Below are positions 42,451 to 62,330 of a DNA stretch of 64,000 nucleotides, in pieces. This stretch comes from Eledone cirrhosa. Taxonomy: Eukaryota. Within the stretch, counting starts at the first letter, position 1. Each line of letters opens with the position of its first letter. The stretch spans positions 412,300,001-412,364,000 of the forward strand of contig OZ024740.1 of the NCBI GenBank assembly GCA_964016885.1, given 5' to 3'. The notes beneath the pieces were generated by a model. It had not been told where the DNA came from. It did no database searches and saw nothing but the letters and a program-made list of their open reading frames with translations. The translations under genes and the position numbers were made by a program.

Positions 42451-42871
42451 ATAAAATATTAAACAAATAATGAATAAACAATGAAAACAGTTCCTTATAT
42501 TAAACAAAAAAAGTTCATTATTTAACGATCGTTTCTAGGATATATATGTGTTAGAATTGGCATGCATATTCAACAGATCTATGTACAAAATTATACAAAA
42601 TTATACAAACTATCAAGATTAAATATACATACCAACACATATATACGCCGTCTTCAGAAATAATCTGAAGACGGCGTATATATGTGTTGGTATGTATATT
42701 TAATCTTGATAGTTTGTATAATTTTGTATAATTCTGTACATAGATCTGTTGAATATGCATGCCAATTCTAACACATATATATCCTAGAAACGATCGTTAA
42801 ATAATGAACTTTTTTTGTTTAATATAAGGAACTGTTTTCATTGTTTATTCATTATTTGTTTAATATTTTAT
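42451..42871. repeat. Near-perfect ~420-bp palindrome; each arm has a hammerhead core with long stem II (42665-42798 on +)
   Basis: ~205-bp arms with about one mismatch and a loop of a few nt. CUGAAGA...UAUAUAUGUGUUGG/CUAACACAUAUAUA...GAAA-CGAUCG-UU. Confidence 0.85.
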
Positions 42872-43002
42872 CTTGACTCTGTATACCGTTTATCTTTCAC
42901 CGAAAGTGATTTTTCATTACATCTCTTCTTTCCATGATATCCGGAATACATTGAGTTCTTCATACGGATTGGACACTACCGTAAACTCTTGGTAGATTTA
43001 TC

Positions 43003-43049
<47 letters not shown>

Positions 43050-43147
43050 ATACATACATGTGTATATATATATATATATATATATAGTAATAATAATACA
43101 TTTGAAGACTAAAATCCAAAGAGGGCTCGATATGGATAAATATATAT

Positions 43148-43182
<35 letters not shown>

Positions 43183-43294
43183 TGAAAGAGAAAACACAGG
43201 TAAGCATTAAGAGAAGAATTTTACCCAGGTATTTACGACCGTTTCATCGGTAAGTGCAACCTTATATTGCTATACTGCAAATAGCAGCCACTCA

Positions 43295-43346
<52 letters not shown>

Positions 43347-43351
<5 letters not shown>

Positions 43352-43870
43352 TTGGCGCACTGAAATAGCGATATATATATATGAATGTATATATAGTGTA
43401 TTTTACAATCCACTGTATGCTTAATTAAAAGCATTTCGAAGACCTTACGCTATTGTTTTAGTGTAGTGACAGTCTCACTTACTTTAAATTTTCAGCAAAC
43501 AATGGAGATACAGCTGATAGACCTCTGTTTCGTACTGATTGGTACTTATCAAAGCCAAGTACCCCACCCGTTGCCTGTCAAGCAGAAATTGAAAATTAGA
43601 ATTGGCGCTCTGAAATAGCGATATATATATATGAATGTATATACAGTGTATTTTGCAATACACTGTATGATTAATTAAACGCATTTCGAAGACCGGAAAC
43701 CGCTCTGTACAATCAGTACGAAACAGAGTTCTGTCCGCTTTATCTCCCTTATTTGCTTAAAATTTAATATAAGTGAGACTCTCACTACTCTAAAACAATA
43801 GCGTAAGATCTTCGAAATGCTTTTAATTAAGCATACACTGTATTGCAAAATACACTATATATACATTTAT
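43347..43870. mobile_element. Direct plus inverted pLTR-like repeat with a U3:A8 hammerhead-like motif (43512-43556, -)
   Basis: 43347-43445 is repeated at 43596-43694, with an inverted arm at 43700-43870. Reverse complement: UUGAUAA-GUAC caauca GUAC-GAAA-Cagag-GUC. Confidence 0.6.
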
Positions 43871-43990
43871 ATATATATATATATATATTTGTATATATAC
43901 ATACAGGTAAATATATATACATATTTGTATATATACATACATGTAAATATATATATATATTTATATATATATTTACATATATGTATATAT

Positions 43991-44029
<39 letters not shown>

Positions 44030-44040
44030 AACGAGTAGGG

Positions 44041-44133
44041 CCCCGACGGCTGAGCTCAAGCCGTTTCGACTGCTAATTCTGGACTAAATGAAATGTTTAT
44101 CCTGGTATTTGAATAGCGGAGCTTCTCAAGGGG
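44041..44133 (-). ncRNA. Type I hammerhead, U3:A8 variant with full stem III and long stem II (family B)
   Basis: Reverse complement: CCCC-UUGAGAA-G..GCUA(~40 nt)UAGC..C-GAAA-CGGC uugagcuca GCCG-UC-GGGG. Confidence 0.72.
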
Positions 44134-45654
44134 TAATTCCATATATGGTCAAAGTGATTGTCACAGGGATTGGTCAAAAGTTTGTAGTTGAGACAATCAT
44201 TCTATGATGGCAATTTGTGGAGGGAAGGGGTAGCTAAACCTGCCAGTAGGAGAAAGAGGGAGAGGGGGTGGAGGTGACCCATTCATGCGTTGATAGTGCC
44301 GGCTACAGCTGGGCGTGAGGTCAAAGAAGATACTAGGGAGGGGGAGGGGGAGGAAGTCGAAACAGTAAGTAGAACAATAATGGGTAAATATATAGAAAAA
44401 TACTGAGAGTGTTAAAAAGCAATTAAATGTAAAAAAAAACAAACAATTTCTGGTTACTACGACCTAAGTCTCTCACTATTGCTAGGCTAAAGAAATATAC
44501 TAGATGGGACGGAATTAAAATGAGACCCTTTTAAGAGGTATAAGTAATAAACCGAGGTGGGTAGACTAGGGTTATAACACCCCACTTGCCGAATTTGTAA
44601 TGGGTAACCCCTGCTTGCTAAGGGAGACGTAAGATCTTCTTTTATATCTTTTTATCGCTTCCTCTATATTTCCTTTTTCTCCCCATCCCTCCCTAGTCCT
44701 TCCACCCCAGTTCCCTTTCTTTGTCCTCGTCTTTTTCTCGCCCACCCGAGGTAGACCCTCGGACCATTGTAGCCTCAGTACCCCCACCCCTTTTCCCCTA
44801 TTCTATGATAGATTGGCCGACTCCGCTTTTTATAGCAGATGTGTTAGACCCGGATACTTGCCCTTTTATCCGACTGCTGCCCCTTTTCCGTGCTTTCTAT
44901 ATTTCTTAGTGGCATCTTTGCTTTAATTTCTCGTTTATCAGTATTTATTATTTTGTTTTTTGGGGATTCTGAATTAATTTTCCGTATCAAATTTTACTAT
45001 TACTTCGTACGAGCTTTTATGTAGCTTGCACTAGAACTTTTGTATCGTGGCGGCACCCTTAGAGATAGTATTAGTATTCTTTTTCGGGACTCTGAATTAT
45101 TGTTTCGTGTTAGTTTACTTTTTTGCACTGGGTGGTTGTTGGCCTAGTGCCTGGGGTAGAAACTTTTATATTTCGTGGTAGTTTCTTTAGTATTTTGGCA
45201 TCTCACTTGTTGACCCGTCACCGTAAGATATACACGGTTTATTACTTATACCTCTTAAAAGGGTCTCATTTTAATTCCGTCCCACCTAGTATATTTCTTT
45301 AGCCTAGCAATAGTGAGAGACTTAGGTCATAGTAACCAGAAATTGTTCATTTTTTTTACATTTAATTGCTTTTTAACACTCTCAGTATTTTTCTATATAT
45401 TTACCCTTATTGTTCTACTTACTGTTTCGACTTCCTCCGCCTCCCCCTCCCTAGTATCTTCTTTGACCTCACGCCCAGTTGTAGCCGGCACTATCAACGC
45501 ATGAATGGGTCTCCTCCACCCCTCTCCCTCTTTCTCCTACTGGCAGGTTTAGCTACCCCTTCCCTCCACAAATTGCCATCATAGAATTATTATGTCTCAA
45601 CTACAAACTTTTGACCAATCCCTGTGACAATCACTTTGACCATATATGGAATTA

Positions 45655-45749
45655 CCCCTTGAGAAGCTCGGCTATTCAAATACCAGGATAAAAATGTTCA
45701 TTTAGTCCAGAATTAGCCGTCGAAACGGCTTGAGTTAAGCCGTCCGGGT
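45655..45749 (+). ncRNA. Type I hammerhead, U3:A8 variant (family B, second arm)
   Basis: CCCC-UUGAGAA-G cu CGGCUA...UAGCCG u C-GAAA-CGGCUU..AAGCCG-UC-cGGG. Confidence 0.68.
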
Positions 45750-45840
45750 CCTACTCGTTCATATTACCCACTCTACTACCCTAAGTATTGAGTACTTTGG
45801 TGCGTTATGGTCCACCTGGTTCCTTACCACATTTCTTCCG

Positions 45841-45882
<42 letters not shown>

Positions 45883-46506
45883 GATGATGGCTGCACCCTC
45901 GTTATGGAATATGTCCATTACATGTCATGCCATTATTAATAATTATTAATTAATTCCATCGTGCAATGCCTGTGCCTGAACATAATTTATTTTAAAGTTG
46001 GTAAAGACTGTGCACTGAGCCATTCCACTCTCTGAGCGACAGTAGTTCTAACCCGAAAAACGAAAAGATGAACATCATCGCTAACTACCGAACCGCAGGT
46101 TGTATGTCGTAGTTATCCCAGTTTCCTGAGTTTCCTTCCCCTAGAAAAATGATCTGAAAATGGTTAGGAGCCATTCACTCCAAGTGGTTTAACCGCGCAG
46201 TTAATTCTCCGGCTCGACTATTTCTATCTCCCCGCGCATATACATACATTTGCACACATGCATATACATACACATACATATGTAAATGTGTATATACTTA
46301 TTTACACACATTTGGATGGCCATTGCCTCTCATCAGTTCTTCCAGCCTTCGTCAGGTTTTGATTTTTGTCTTGCATGGTGTCAAAAATCACCCTCTTCAC
46401 CAAGTATACTTGGTGAGGTTGCCGGTTTAGTCCCCGACGATCCGACCATGCGACAGTTTGCAATGGGTTACATGTTACCAGTAGCACCTAAGAGTGACCC
46501 TACATA

Positions 46507-46579
<73 letters not shown>

Positions 46580-46583
<4 letters not shown>

Positions 46584-47360
46584 GGAAAAAATGAAACGAA
46601 ATTTCATTTCCCACTCTTAGTACGGCTGTTACTTAAATATAAGTATGTACACGTACATACATATATGTATACAGACGCACAGTAGTATGTATATATATAT
46701 ATACATACATGCACACATATATATATGTACGTATGGATTCACCGAACATTTATTATAATGCTCGGTGTGTTTGCAAACAAACATCCCGTATTAAGCCGTA
46801 GTGTCCAGCAACCATCGTTGCTTCTTTGTTCAACACTGACAAAGGAACGCTGTACTAGTTTCAAGCTTATTAACTATCGTCAGCAACGTATACCTTCCTG
46901 CCAGATTGTTGAACGTATATACTTACCTTATGCATATTAACGGCTGAGTAGCCCAATTTCTATATCGAATGGGTTATCGGTCCGGTGCACCGAAAACGAT
47001 AAACGGAAAAAATGAAACGAAATTTCCTTTGCCACTCTTAGTACGGCTGTTACTTAAATATAAGTATGTACACGTACATACATATATGTATACAGACGCA
47101 CAGTAGTATGTATATATATATATACATACGTGAACACATATATATATATATGTACGTATGGATTCACCGAACATTTATTATAATGCTCGGTGTGTTTGTA
47201 AACAAACATCCCGTATTAAGCCGTAATGTCCAACAACCATCGTTGCTAGTTTGTTCAACACTGACAAAGGAACGCTGTACTAGTTTCAAGCTTATTAGCT
47301 ATCGTCAGCAACGTATACCTTCCTGCCAGATTGTTGAACGTATATACTTACGTTATGCAT
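46580..47360 (-). mobile_element. Retrozyme-like tandem dimer, subfamily II (425-bp period; HHRs at 46847-46889 and 47272-47314)
   Basis: Reverse complement: ACGUUG-CUGACGA-uAGCuaauaaGCUu-GAAACUAGUA-CAGCGU. Confidence 0.82.
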
Positions 47361-47486
47361 ATTATGCATATTATATATATATATATATATTATGCATATT
47401 ATATATATATATATATATTATGCATAATATATATTATGCATATTATATATATATATATATATATATATGCATAATATATATTATGC

Positions 47487-47562
<76 letters not shown>

Positions 47563-48949
47563 ATTATAAAATAACAGGAGGCTCGACTGGTGTAATTCCT
47601 TAAATGTTTATTATACTGTAAACATTTCAATGGCCGGGTACACTATGAATTCGGTAACATCATCAGGTATTCAAAATTTAACAAAGGAATATAATCCATG
47701 GGGTTGAACATGCAGAGAGACAATAAGGCGGCCAAACATTTACCACTTTCTAGTCCGGTTGGCCGCCTTCAAGTGACGACTACCAATACTTCATATGTCT
47801 TTCTGGTGAAGGGGCGTATGCTTATAGTGTACCACTACCACCCCGTCATGGACAGAGGCTAGCGGTGGGGACAGGTTACATTGAAGTTGGTCAGAAGTGC
47901 TAAAAAGTGCTAAGAAATATATTTTTTCAAAAAACATATCCTTAACAAAGCTATATATAGTGGGCGCCTGTACAGTATATGTTTCATTGTAGGGTCAGAA
48001 ATTACGATTAACGATTAGAAATGGAAAATTTTTGTTTAGAATTAAAAATGTAATTTAAGATGAGATTAGAAAAGTAAGATTTAGGTTTATAGTTGGGAGG
48101 TTTATTTAAAGAATTTACAGAAGGAGGCGTTTATGAAAAGGTTACTTGTATTATTGATAGTCACGATAACGTTTCAGGGTAGAATATGAAGTTAAGATTA
48201 AGCCCATGTTTGGCGGTCAGAAACCAACGACGTTACGGACTCCCAGCCCACCCGGGGCCCAATGGCGTGTCAACCGTTCCGAGTATTTTCGTCTACCGAA
48301 AGAAGGGGACATTTAATTTTTCCAAGCACTCTAGGAAGGCTGATCGACTCGAGCGTCTGGAGTGCAATCGGGAGAGCCGCCACATCAATCGGATCATCGC
48401 GTGTACCAAACGAGTATTACTTATTCACACACATGATGTGAAGTTTAAAATGGCAAAAATCTGATGAAATGGGTAAGAAGACTATATTTAGTCCCCAGTT
48501 AGCCCGGGTTATATGTAGTGCGATTCCTGAGTGGGCATGGGGAGTGATTAAAGATAAACAGATATAAAGGGCACAGAGATTAATGTTCTAGGGTCGTGTG
48601 CTAATTTTAGGTCACACACACACACACACATACATATATGTTTGCTTTATTTGTTGTGCCTGTCTATATACTTGTTATACTCTGCACTATCCTGTAATAA
48701 ATCCACTTCGCTTGTGTATAGCTTGCATTTATGTGTTGCCTGTCTATATGCTTGTGGAACACCCTTGGACTACGTAATTCAGGTACCTACCAGTACACCT
48801 TGTATATGTATAACATGAAGGGGATTTTAACAACTCTGGTTTTTCTGGATGTAACTTAAGAACATATTAGTAACTATAAATTACTGAGATCCTATTCACT
48901 TATATAAGGACCAGCGCTTAAATTCCCCTGCCTTTATGTGCTTAAAACT

Positions 48950-49380
48950 CTTTCTTTTTTCTTTTTTATTTTTTATTTTTTCTTTTTTATTTTTTATTTT
49001 TTTACTTTTTTATTTTTTATTTTTTATTTTTTTTATTTTTATTTTTATTTTTTTTTTATTTATTTATTTTTTTTTATTATTATTATTATTATTTTTTTTA
49101 TTTTTTTTTATTTTTTTTTTATTTTTTTTTATTTTTTATTTTTTTATTTTTTTTTATTTTTATTTTTTTATTTTTTATTTTATTTTTTATTTTTTATTTT
49201 TCTTTTTTCTTTTTTATTTTTTATTTTTTATTTTTTATTTTTTATTTTTTATTTTTTATTTTTTATTTTTTATTTTTTCTTTTTTCTTTTTTCTTTTTTC
49301 TTTTTTCTTTTTTCTTTTTTCTTTTTTCTTTTTTTATTTTTTCTCATTGTTTTTTCACTTCTTTCCTTTTTAAAATAAAA
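48950..49380. repeat. T-rich low-complexity (TnA)/(TnC) tract
   Basis: Seen directly; explains the spurious Phe-rich ORFs. Confidence 0.95.
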
Positions 49381-49683
49381 AAAAACTTTTACCTTTTTAT
49401 TCATTTTTAATCTCTTTATATTATATTCCTTTTACTTTTTTATTATGTTTTAATCATTGTTTGTATTTTTTTATTTTCTGTGCCGTCAATTGTATCTGCA
49501 TCTTGTGAGATCTGCTTGTGCCATAGCATTTAGCTGTGGTGCTTAATAACCCCGGCATGTACTCTCTCCTTATTCGCCATCTCCGATCTCCCTATCTTTA
49601 CCCTCTATTGTATTCTGATTGTTCGTTTGACTAAGCTTGATAGAGCTTATACTCAGCACTGTGTTTATTATCTTTGGTTACTT

Positions 49684-49715
<32 letters not shown>

Positions 49716-49724
49716 GCACACACA

Positions 49725-49819
<95 letters not shown>

Positions 49820-50773
49820 AAGATGAATATAAAATAAAAGTGCTTTTTTAAAAAGGAATTTATTAGGTATTGACATGTTTCTGTAACAGACGGAATACCT
49901 ATGTATCGCTGCTTGCGTAATGATATAATATTAGCACGTAATCGATAGCAAATGTATAATCAGTTGTCACTTCTTCAGAGATATTGGATAAATTTGAAAA
50001 AATCAGAAAAATCAAAGTATTTATATTAGTCGTAAGAAAGAAAGAGGAGAGGGGTAAGTATGACATATGGAAATTCAATTTGCTGGTAAACAAGTGTATA
50101 GAAGGTTTTTAATGAGAATACAATGAGTATATGGCTTATTTTATCTAAATAAGAATTTTTAGGAGTGCCGATTTTAATTTATATTTAACCAGTTGAAAAA
50201 TGGACAGGGCTGGTGGCTAGGTCTGGTAGTATTAATACAGATATAAGGTGTTACGTAACGAAGAGAGATGTTCACTGCTACTGTATAACAACAATGCTGG
50301 TAGCCCGTTGGTATATACTTTAGGGAATTGAATCGAGAAATATTATTTTATCTATGGCATGTTATATTAAATGATAAAGAATAGAAGTGTTGATAGAATT
50401 AAAACTAATAGAGATAATGTTAATATGCAATTAAACAGGGATGGAGGCAGGCGTTCAATCCTGGTAGCGTTTGTAATATGAAAATGTAGATTTCAAGCGA
50501 TGGTTACAGTATAACGATCGCTCTATTCTGTTATTTAATAAAATATTTTTGGATTTCATAATACAAAACATTTCCATATTACACAATCTACCAAATTTCT
50601 GTCCTTGGTCTAAAGCCGGGGCGCTGTTATTTTATCCCATTTTAGGTAAAATTGTTGGTTATTTTCGCGCAGTGCCAAGCCTTGTCTGCAAATGTAGTTA
50701 CATATATTGTATTTTATACATATATTGTGTTGTTACATATATTGTGTTGTATACATATATATATTAATATATA

Positions 50774-50818
<45 letters not shown>

Positions 50819-50953
50819 GAAGCTAAATTTTAATCATTTGACTTTTATTTAACTTTATTTTACACTACTCCGGAGTAACCAAACCAACCTGCGCACTTCG
50901 TTGAGTGTTCCAGCCTGCATACTGAGGTGTTCGTATACAACTAACATAAACTC

Positions 50954-51065
<112 letters not shown>

Positions 51066-51117
51066 GTATCTATATATATATTATATATACTTATATATAT
51101 ATATCTCTATATATATA

Positions 51118-55289
<4,172 letters not shown>

Positions 55290-55297
55290 GTATATAC

Positions 55298-55391
<94 letters not shown>

Positions 55392-55392
55392 A

Positions 55393-56440
<1,048 letters not shown>

Positions 56441-56617
56441 TTATATATATATATATATATCACATAAGAAACGGAGAATCAGTGGTGCGACGAATAAAAT
56501 ATATTAGACATATTACAATCGATTCTCTGGCGACCAGCTCGAGGCTCGATCGATGCAAAAAAATCGCAATATCCTCAGATACGTCTCGATTCTACGAAGC
56601 AGAGTTTCCAAATGTAC

Positions 56618-56721
<104 letters not shown>

Positions 56722-56877
56722 AAATATATATATATATATATATTATAAATTAACTATAGAGATATAAAAGATACAGAAGCGAAAACCAAGCAAACTGAGT
56801 GTGTTCTGTTATTATTTCTGACAATATTATTACAACAATATGACCCACCCACGTATAACAATATATATATATATGAA

Positions 56878-57075
56878 TTTTTTTCCAAAGCGTGCAGTGC
56901 TTTGGGACTGACAATCAATCTGAAGAAGAAGCTCGTCATGTACCAGCATGCTCCGGATAAAGTTTTCAATGATCCCTCAGGTCAAAAGCTGAAGGCTGCT
57001 GACACATTTGTGTATTTGGGGAGTACTCTGAGTGTGACCGTCTCTCTGGATGCAGAAGTTGGTCAACGTGAAAAC
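56878..57075 (+). mobile_element. RTE-clade LINE RT fragment
   Basis: Translates as FSKACSALGLTINLKK..VMYQ...[15 protein letters not shown]...LDAEV.QR. Confidence 0.75.
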
Positions 57076-57207
57076 GCTTAGCACCACCATCGGGTCTTCA
57101 CCTACCCCCCCCATGCATTGAGTTCTTTCATGATTAGTTGTCTCCTCGGTCTCAGCACTACAAACTTTCTTTCTCTCTTCCTCTCTCTCTCTCTCTCTCT
57201 CTCTCTT

Positions 57208-58930
<1,723 letters not shown>

Positions 58931-59259
58931 CCGTGCGTTAAATTATTTGCTCAACCTAATGGGAGCTTGGTACAAGGGATAACAAAATATCGTTATAGGT
59001 AATCCAGTTTGAATTTGTAAATCTACCGGGTACATTTTTTGTAGTTGTCTCTGATGATCTGATTAGGCTAACATCGTATTTGAAATTGAGTGGCACTGCT
59101 TCTAGTGTTCAGAAATTTTTAGACAACTTAATTAGAGAAACAATTGTTAGACTGTAAATAAATCCGATTTTTGTACTGTTGACCATGTTATTCTTCACTT
59201 TTTCAATTTTATATAAATGTATTTCCACACACCTTCTGAACACATTTCTAACCTATTTA

Positions 59260-59293
59260 CTCCTGAAGAAGGGCTTATGCCTGAAACGTCGTT
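59260..59293 (+). ncRNA. Minimal hammerhead-like core, stem I not supported
   Basis: CUGAAGA-ag-GGC uuau GCC-u-GAAA-CGuCG-UU. Confidence 0.45.
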
Positions 59294-59519
59294 CACCACC
59301 CCCACTCCCCAAAGCGTGAACCTAATAAACCTTTATTTGTCTGGCTCTCTGTTTTGTTCCCGTATAAATTTGCACTATATATATAACTTTACTTTGATAA
59401 CTTTGATAGGTTCGGCCCAGGCCATGTCTAACTTAATAGCACAACCTGGCGAACCCTTTCAAATAAGGATTTGGCCACCATGGCCTACTCAAGTAGAGAG
59501 TTATTGTTGTTTACGGAGG

Positions 59520-61470
59520 CATATCAGGATGTAGGCGTCTTATCCGGGATTTCTTGAAGGAATTTGTCCAATGACGTCTTGAACTTGATTGAGTCTGTTT
59601 CTGTTTTAATGTGTTTTGGTGCAATGTTAAAGAGAGCGGGGCCAATTGAGGTGAAATAATTGTGCTGTATTGCTGTTATGAGATGCGAGTGAGATTTTTG
59701 TCGTGGGCGGATTTTCACGGGGCCCAAGCCTTGGGTGTACATTAAAGATGATACCAACATCATTTGGGCAAAGCTGATGGAATATTTACCACATCATGCA
59801 GATAATGTAACGCTCACGGCGACATTTGAGAGAATAACAGTTGAGCTTTTCTAATCGACTCCAATAGACAAGGCCTGTCATACCATCTATCTTTTTTGTA
59901 ATTGACTTTTGAGGCGCTTCAACTTTCATGATACTTTGTTTCGTGTGGGGAGACCACAGTGGACAACATTATCCACGGCGGGGTCGGCCAAATAGGAGAA
60001 GAGAAGGATAACAGTGTGGATATATCTCGACTGGAAGGTTCTGAGAATACAGGAACACATTGTGCGGGCCATGTCAACTTTGCTGTTTATATGAGTGGCC
60101 CAGCTTATGTTGTTGTCCATATTTACTCCCAGGTCTCTGAATTTGTTGGATGCCACGAGAGTTTCACCCGAAGGAAGAGAGTATGGTAGTTTCAGGGTAT
60201 CCTTTTTTCCAAAGTTGATTAACTCAAACTTATCCGCATTCAACAGCATATTGTTCTTTTCTGCCCATTGGCAAGTCCGGTCACCCACCTCATTGATGAC
60301 CCTTTGGAGCTTGGAACCATCTGCGAAGATTCTTATGTTGCTGTGCTTGCTGATGTCAGTAATGTCATTAATGTAGATGATGAAAAGAAGTGGGCCGAAC
60401 ACAGTGCCTTGTGGGACGCCACTGCTGACTTTGGCAGGGCTTGATTTTACTCCTTCGACTACAACATGTTGGTTTCTGTCTGTCAGGAAACATTTGATCC
60501 ATTGTAGTAACTTTCCAGAGACACCAGTATTACATAGATTTTTTCAGTAGAACCTTATGATCAACCCTGTCAAAGGCCTTGCTGAAATCAAGGTAGACGA
60601 CATCAGTGCTGGAGCCTTCCCCCAAGGCTCTCAAAATATCGTCAAATTGATGCGGGAGATGCGTTAGGCAGTCCCTTCATTACGGAACCCATGTTGGTTG
60701 GAATTCAGCAAGCCGTTGCTTTCAAGATCTCACTCACCTCTCAAATACCTTGATGATATGAGAGGTGAGTGAGATCGGACGGTAGTTCATTGCAAGGGAC
60801 TTATTTCCCTTTTTGAAGACTGGGACAACGGACTGAGACAAAACGTTTTCAGGAATATAGCCAGTATCCAGTGAGTTCCTCCAGAGATTAGCACGAGGAG
60901 ATGCAAGTTGGTGTCGACACACCTTCAGGACACAAGCAGCTGGAAATCTGTCGGACCTACTGCTGAACTGTGTTTAATTTCATTTATTGCCGCTAAGAAA
61001 TTCGAGGCGTCAAACGTTATGTCCGATACAGTGTGTTGGGGATTAACATCACTGATACAGCCCAGATCCGCCATATCAAGATTTCTGAAAACAAAGCAGT
61101 ATTGTTTCTGCAGTACCTCGCTCATGGGTTTGGCATTATCTTGGAGTGTGTGGTGGATTGGCAGTATCGGTAGAGGGTCAGACGTCATGCATTGACGCAT
61201 AGAATTACGGCCCTTGCCATTCTGAGTTCAAATCCCGCCGAGGTTAACTTTGCCTTTCATCCTTACGGGGTCGATAAAATAAAGTACCAGTAATGCACTG
61301 GATAATTGTGGTCTTGTGCCAAAAGTAGAAACAATTATCTTTGACTGTGCCATTTTCATCAACTACAGGGCCAACAGTGGAGACGGTGACCTTGTGTTTT
61401 TTCGCAAATGAAAAGAACACTTTGGGGTTGAGTTTGATCTTCTCAGGTGATCTTTGGTTATTAATGATGA
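59520..61470 (-). mobile_element. Decayed CR1/L2-type LINE (RT to 3' end), interrupted by a SINE
   Basis: VPVFKKGNKS..NYRPISLTSHIIKVFER, FGPLLFIIYINDI..FAD, RDLGV and FKTSLDKFLQEIPD. Confidence 0.92.
61151..61338 (+). mobile_element. Full-length tRNA-derived SINE (family S1) with target-site duplication
   Basis: TSD attatcttggagtgtg (61135-61150) / attatctttgactgtg (61334-61349). Confidence 0.92.
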
Positions 61471-61599
61471 TATTCATGAATAATGCTTAGTACTTCCCTT
61501 ATTGCTGCTTCTTGACACAAGAAGGGTAATTTGATATCTCAAATAGAGATTATGATTGAACAGTGTAGAGCTTGGAATCCCTGCAATAAATTGTATGCT

Positions 61600-62330
61600 G
61601 ATCTGTTCAGTCAATATTTATATTATGTTTGTAACTTTGTTTACAAAGCGTAATCAATATTGCTGGTGAGAATGGCTGTCAGTACGTATAAGATAGTATA
61701 GTAAGAATAGCTATGGCACCAAAGATAATTAATTATTCGTGGAAGTTAACTAACTAATTCAGTTATATTGAGAGGCCCTCTTAGCTTTAACTACCTTATC
61801 TCTAACTCTTGAGTTGTATTGCATACGCATGGTTAGTTTTCTAGTCATACTGCGTTCATGCAGTTTGGGGCAAAGCATTTAGAGATCAAAATTGTTTACG
61901 ACCTTGACATTACGCATCCACATGTACATTGTTGAGTTGCTATTCTTCAACCAGTCGTAATATTCTAGTAGCCGTATGACATAAATTCCTTCCGGACGAA
62001 AAGCATGCTGAATGTGAGTTACAAGATTAATTAGTTCTAGAAACGGTATCAGTTTGCCTCTGGTAATTCGCTTCATGACTTTGCTCGCAAGAGATGTCAG
62101 TGAGTTAGAACTATAACGCTAGCATTTGTACTGATTCCCATTTTACTGAAGAGTTATAGTGTTCTTTTAATTTGTAGGAAGTTGAACATGTGATAAGAAT
62201 ATTTGCAAAAATGTCGGCAGTGATTTTGCTAAAATTCTTCATGGTTTTAGTTAAAATCATTGGAAACACATCAAACCCTGAATCTGAGATTATGTCCATT
62301 TCATTTATGGCTGATATTAAATAATCCCCA
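61600..62330 (-). mobile_element. Very old LINE RT fragment
   Basis: Degenerate SGFDVFP..., LTSLASKVMKRI and QHAFR motifs. Confidence 0.55.

Larger units (their letters stand above)
44026..45842. mobile_element. PLE family B element with ~510-bp inverted pLTRs
   Basis: Arms 44030-44555 and 45236-45760 are reverse complements. Tail shared with 865-933. Flanked by (TA)n. Confidence 0.85.

Noticed and set aside
47603-47672. Hammerhead on the - strand (AUAC-CUGAUGA...GAAAUGUUUACA-GUAU)
   Set aside because: The cleavage triplet and stem III cannot be formed properly; at most a decayed copy.
48936-49378. Phe-rich membrane-protein-like ORFs
   Set aside because: T-rich low-complexity DNA.
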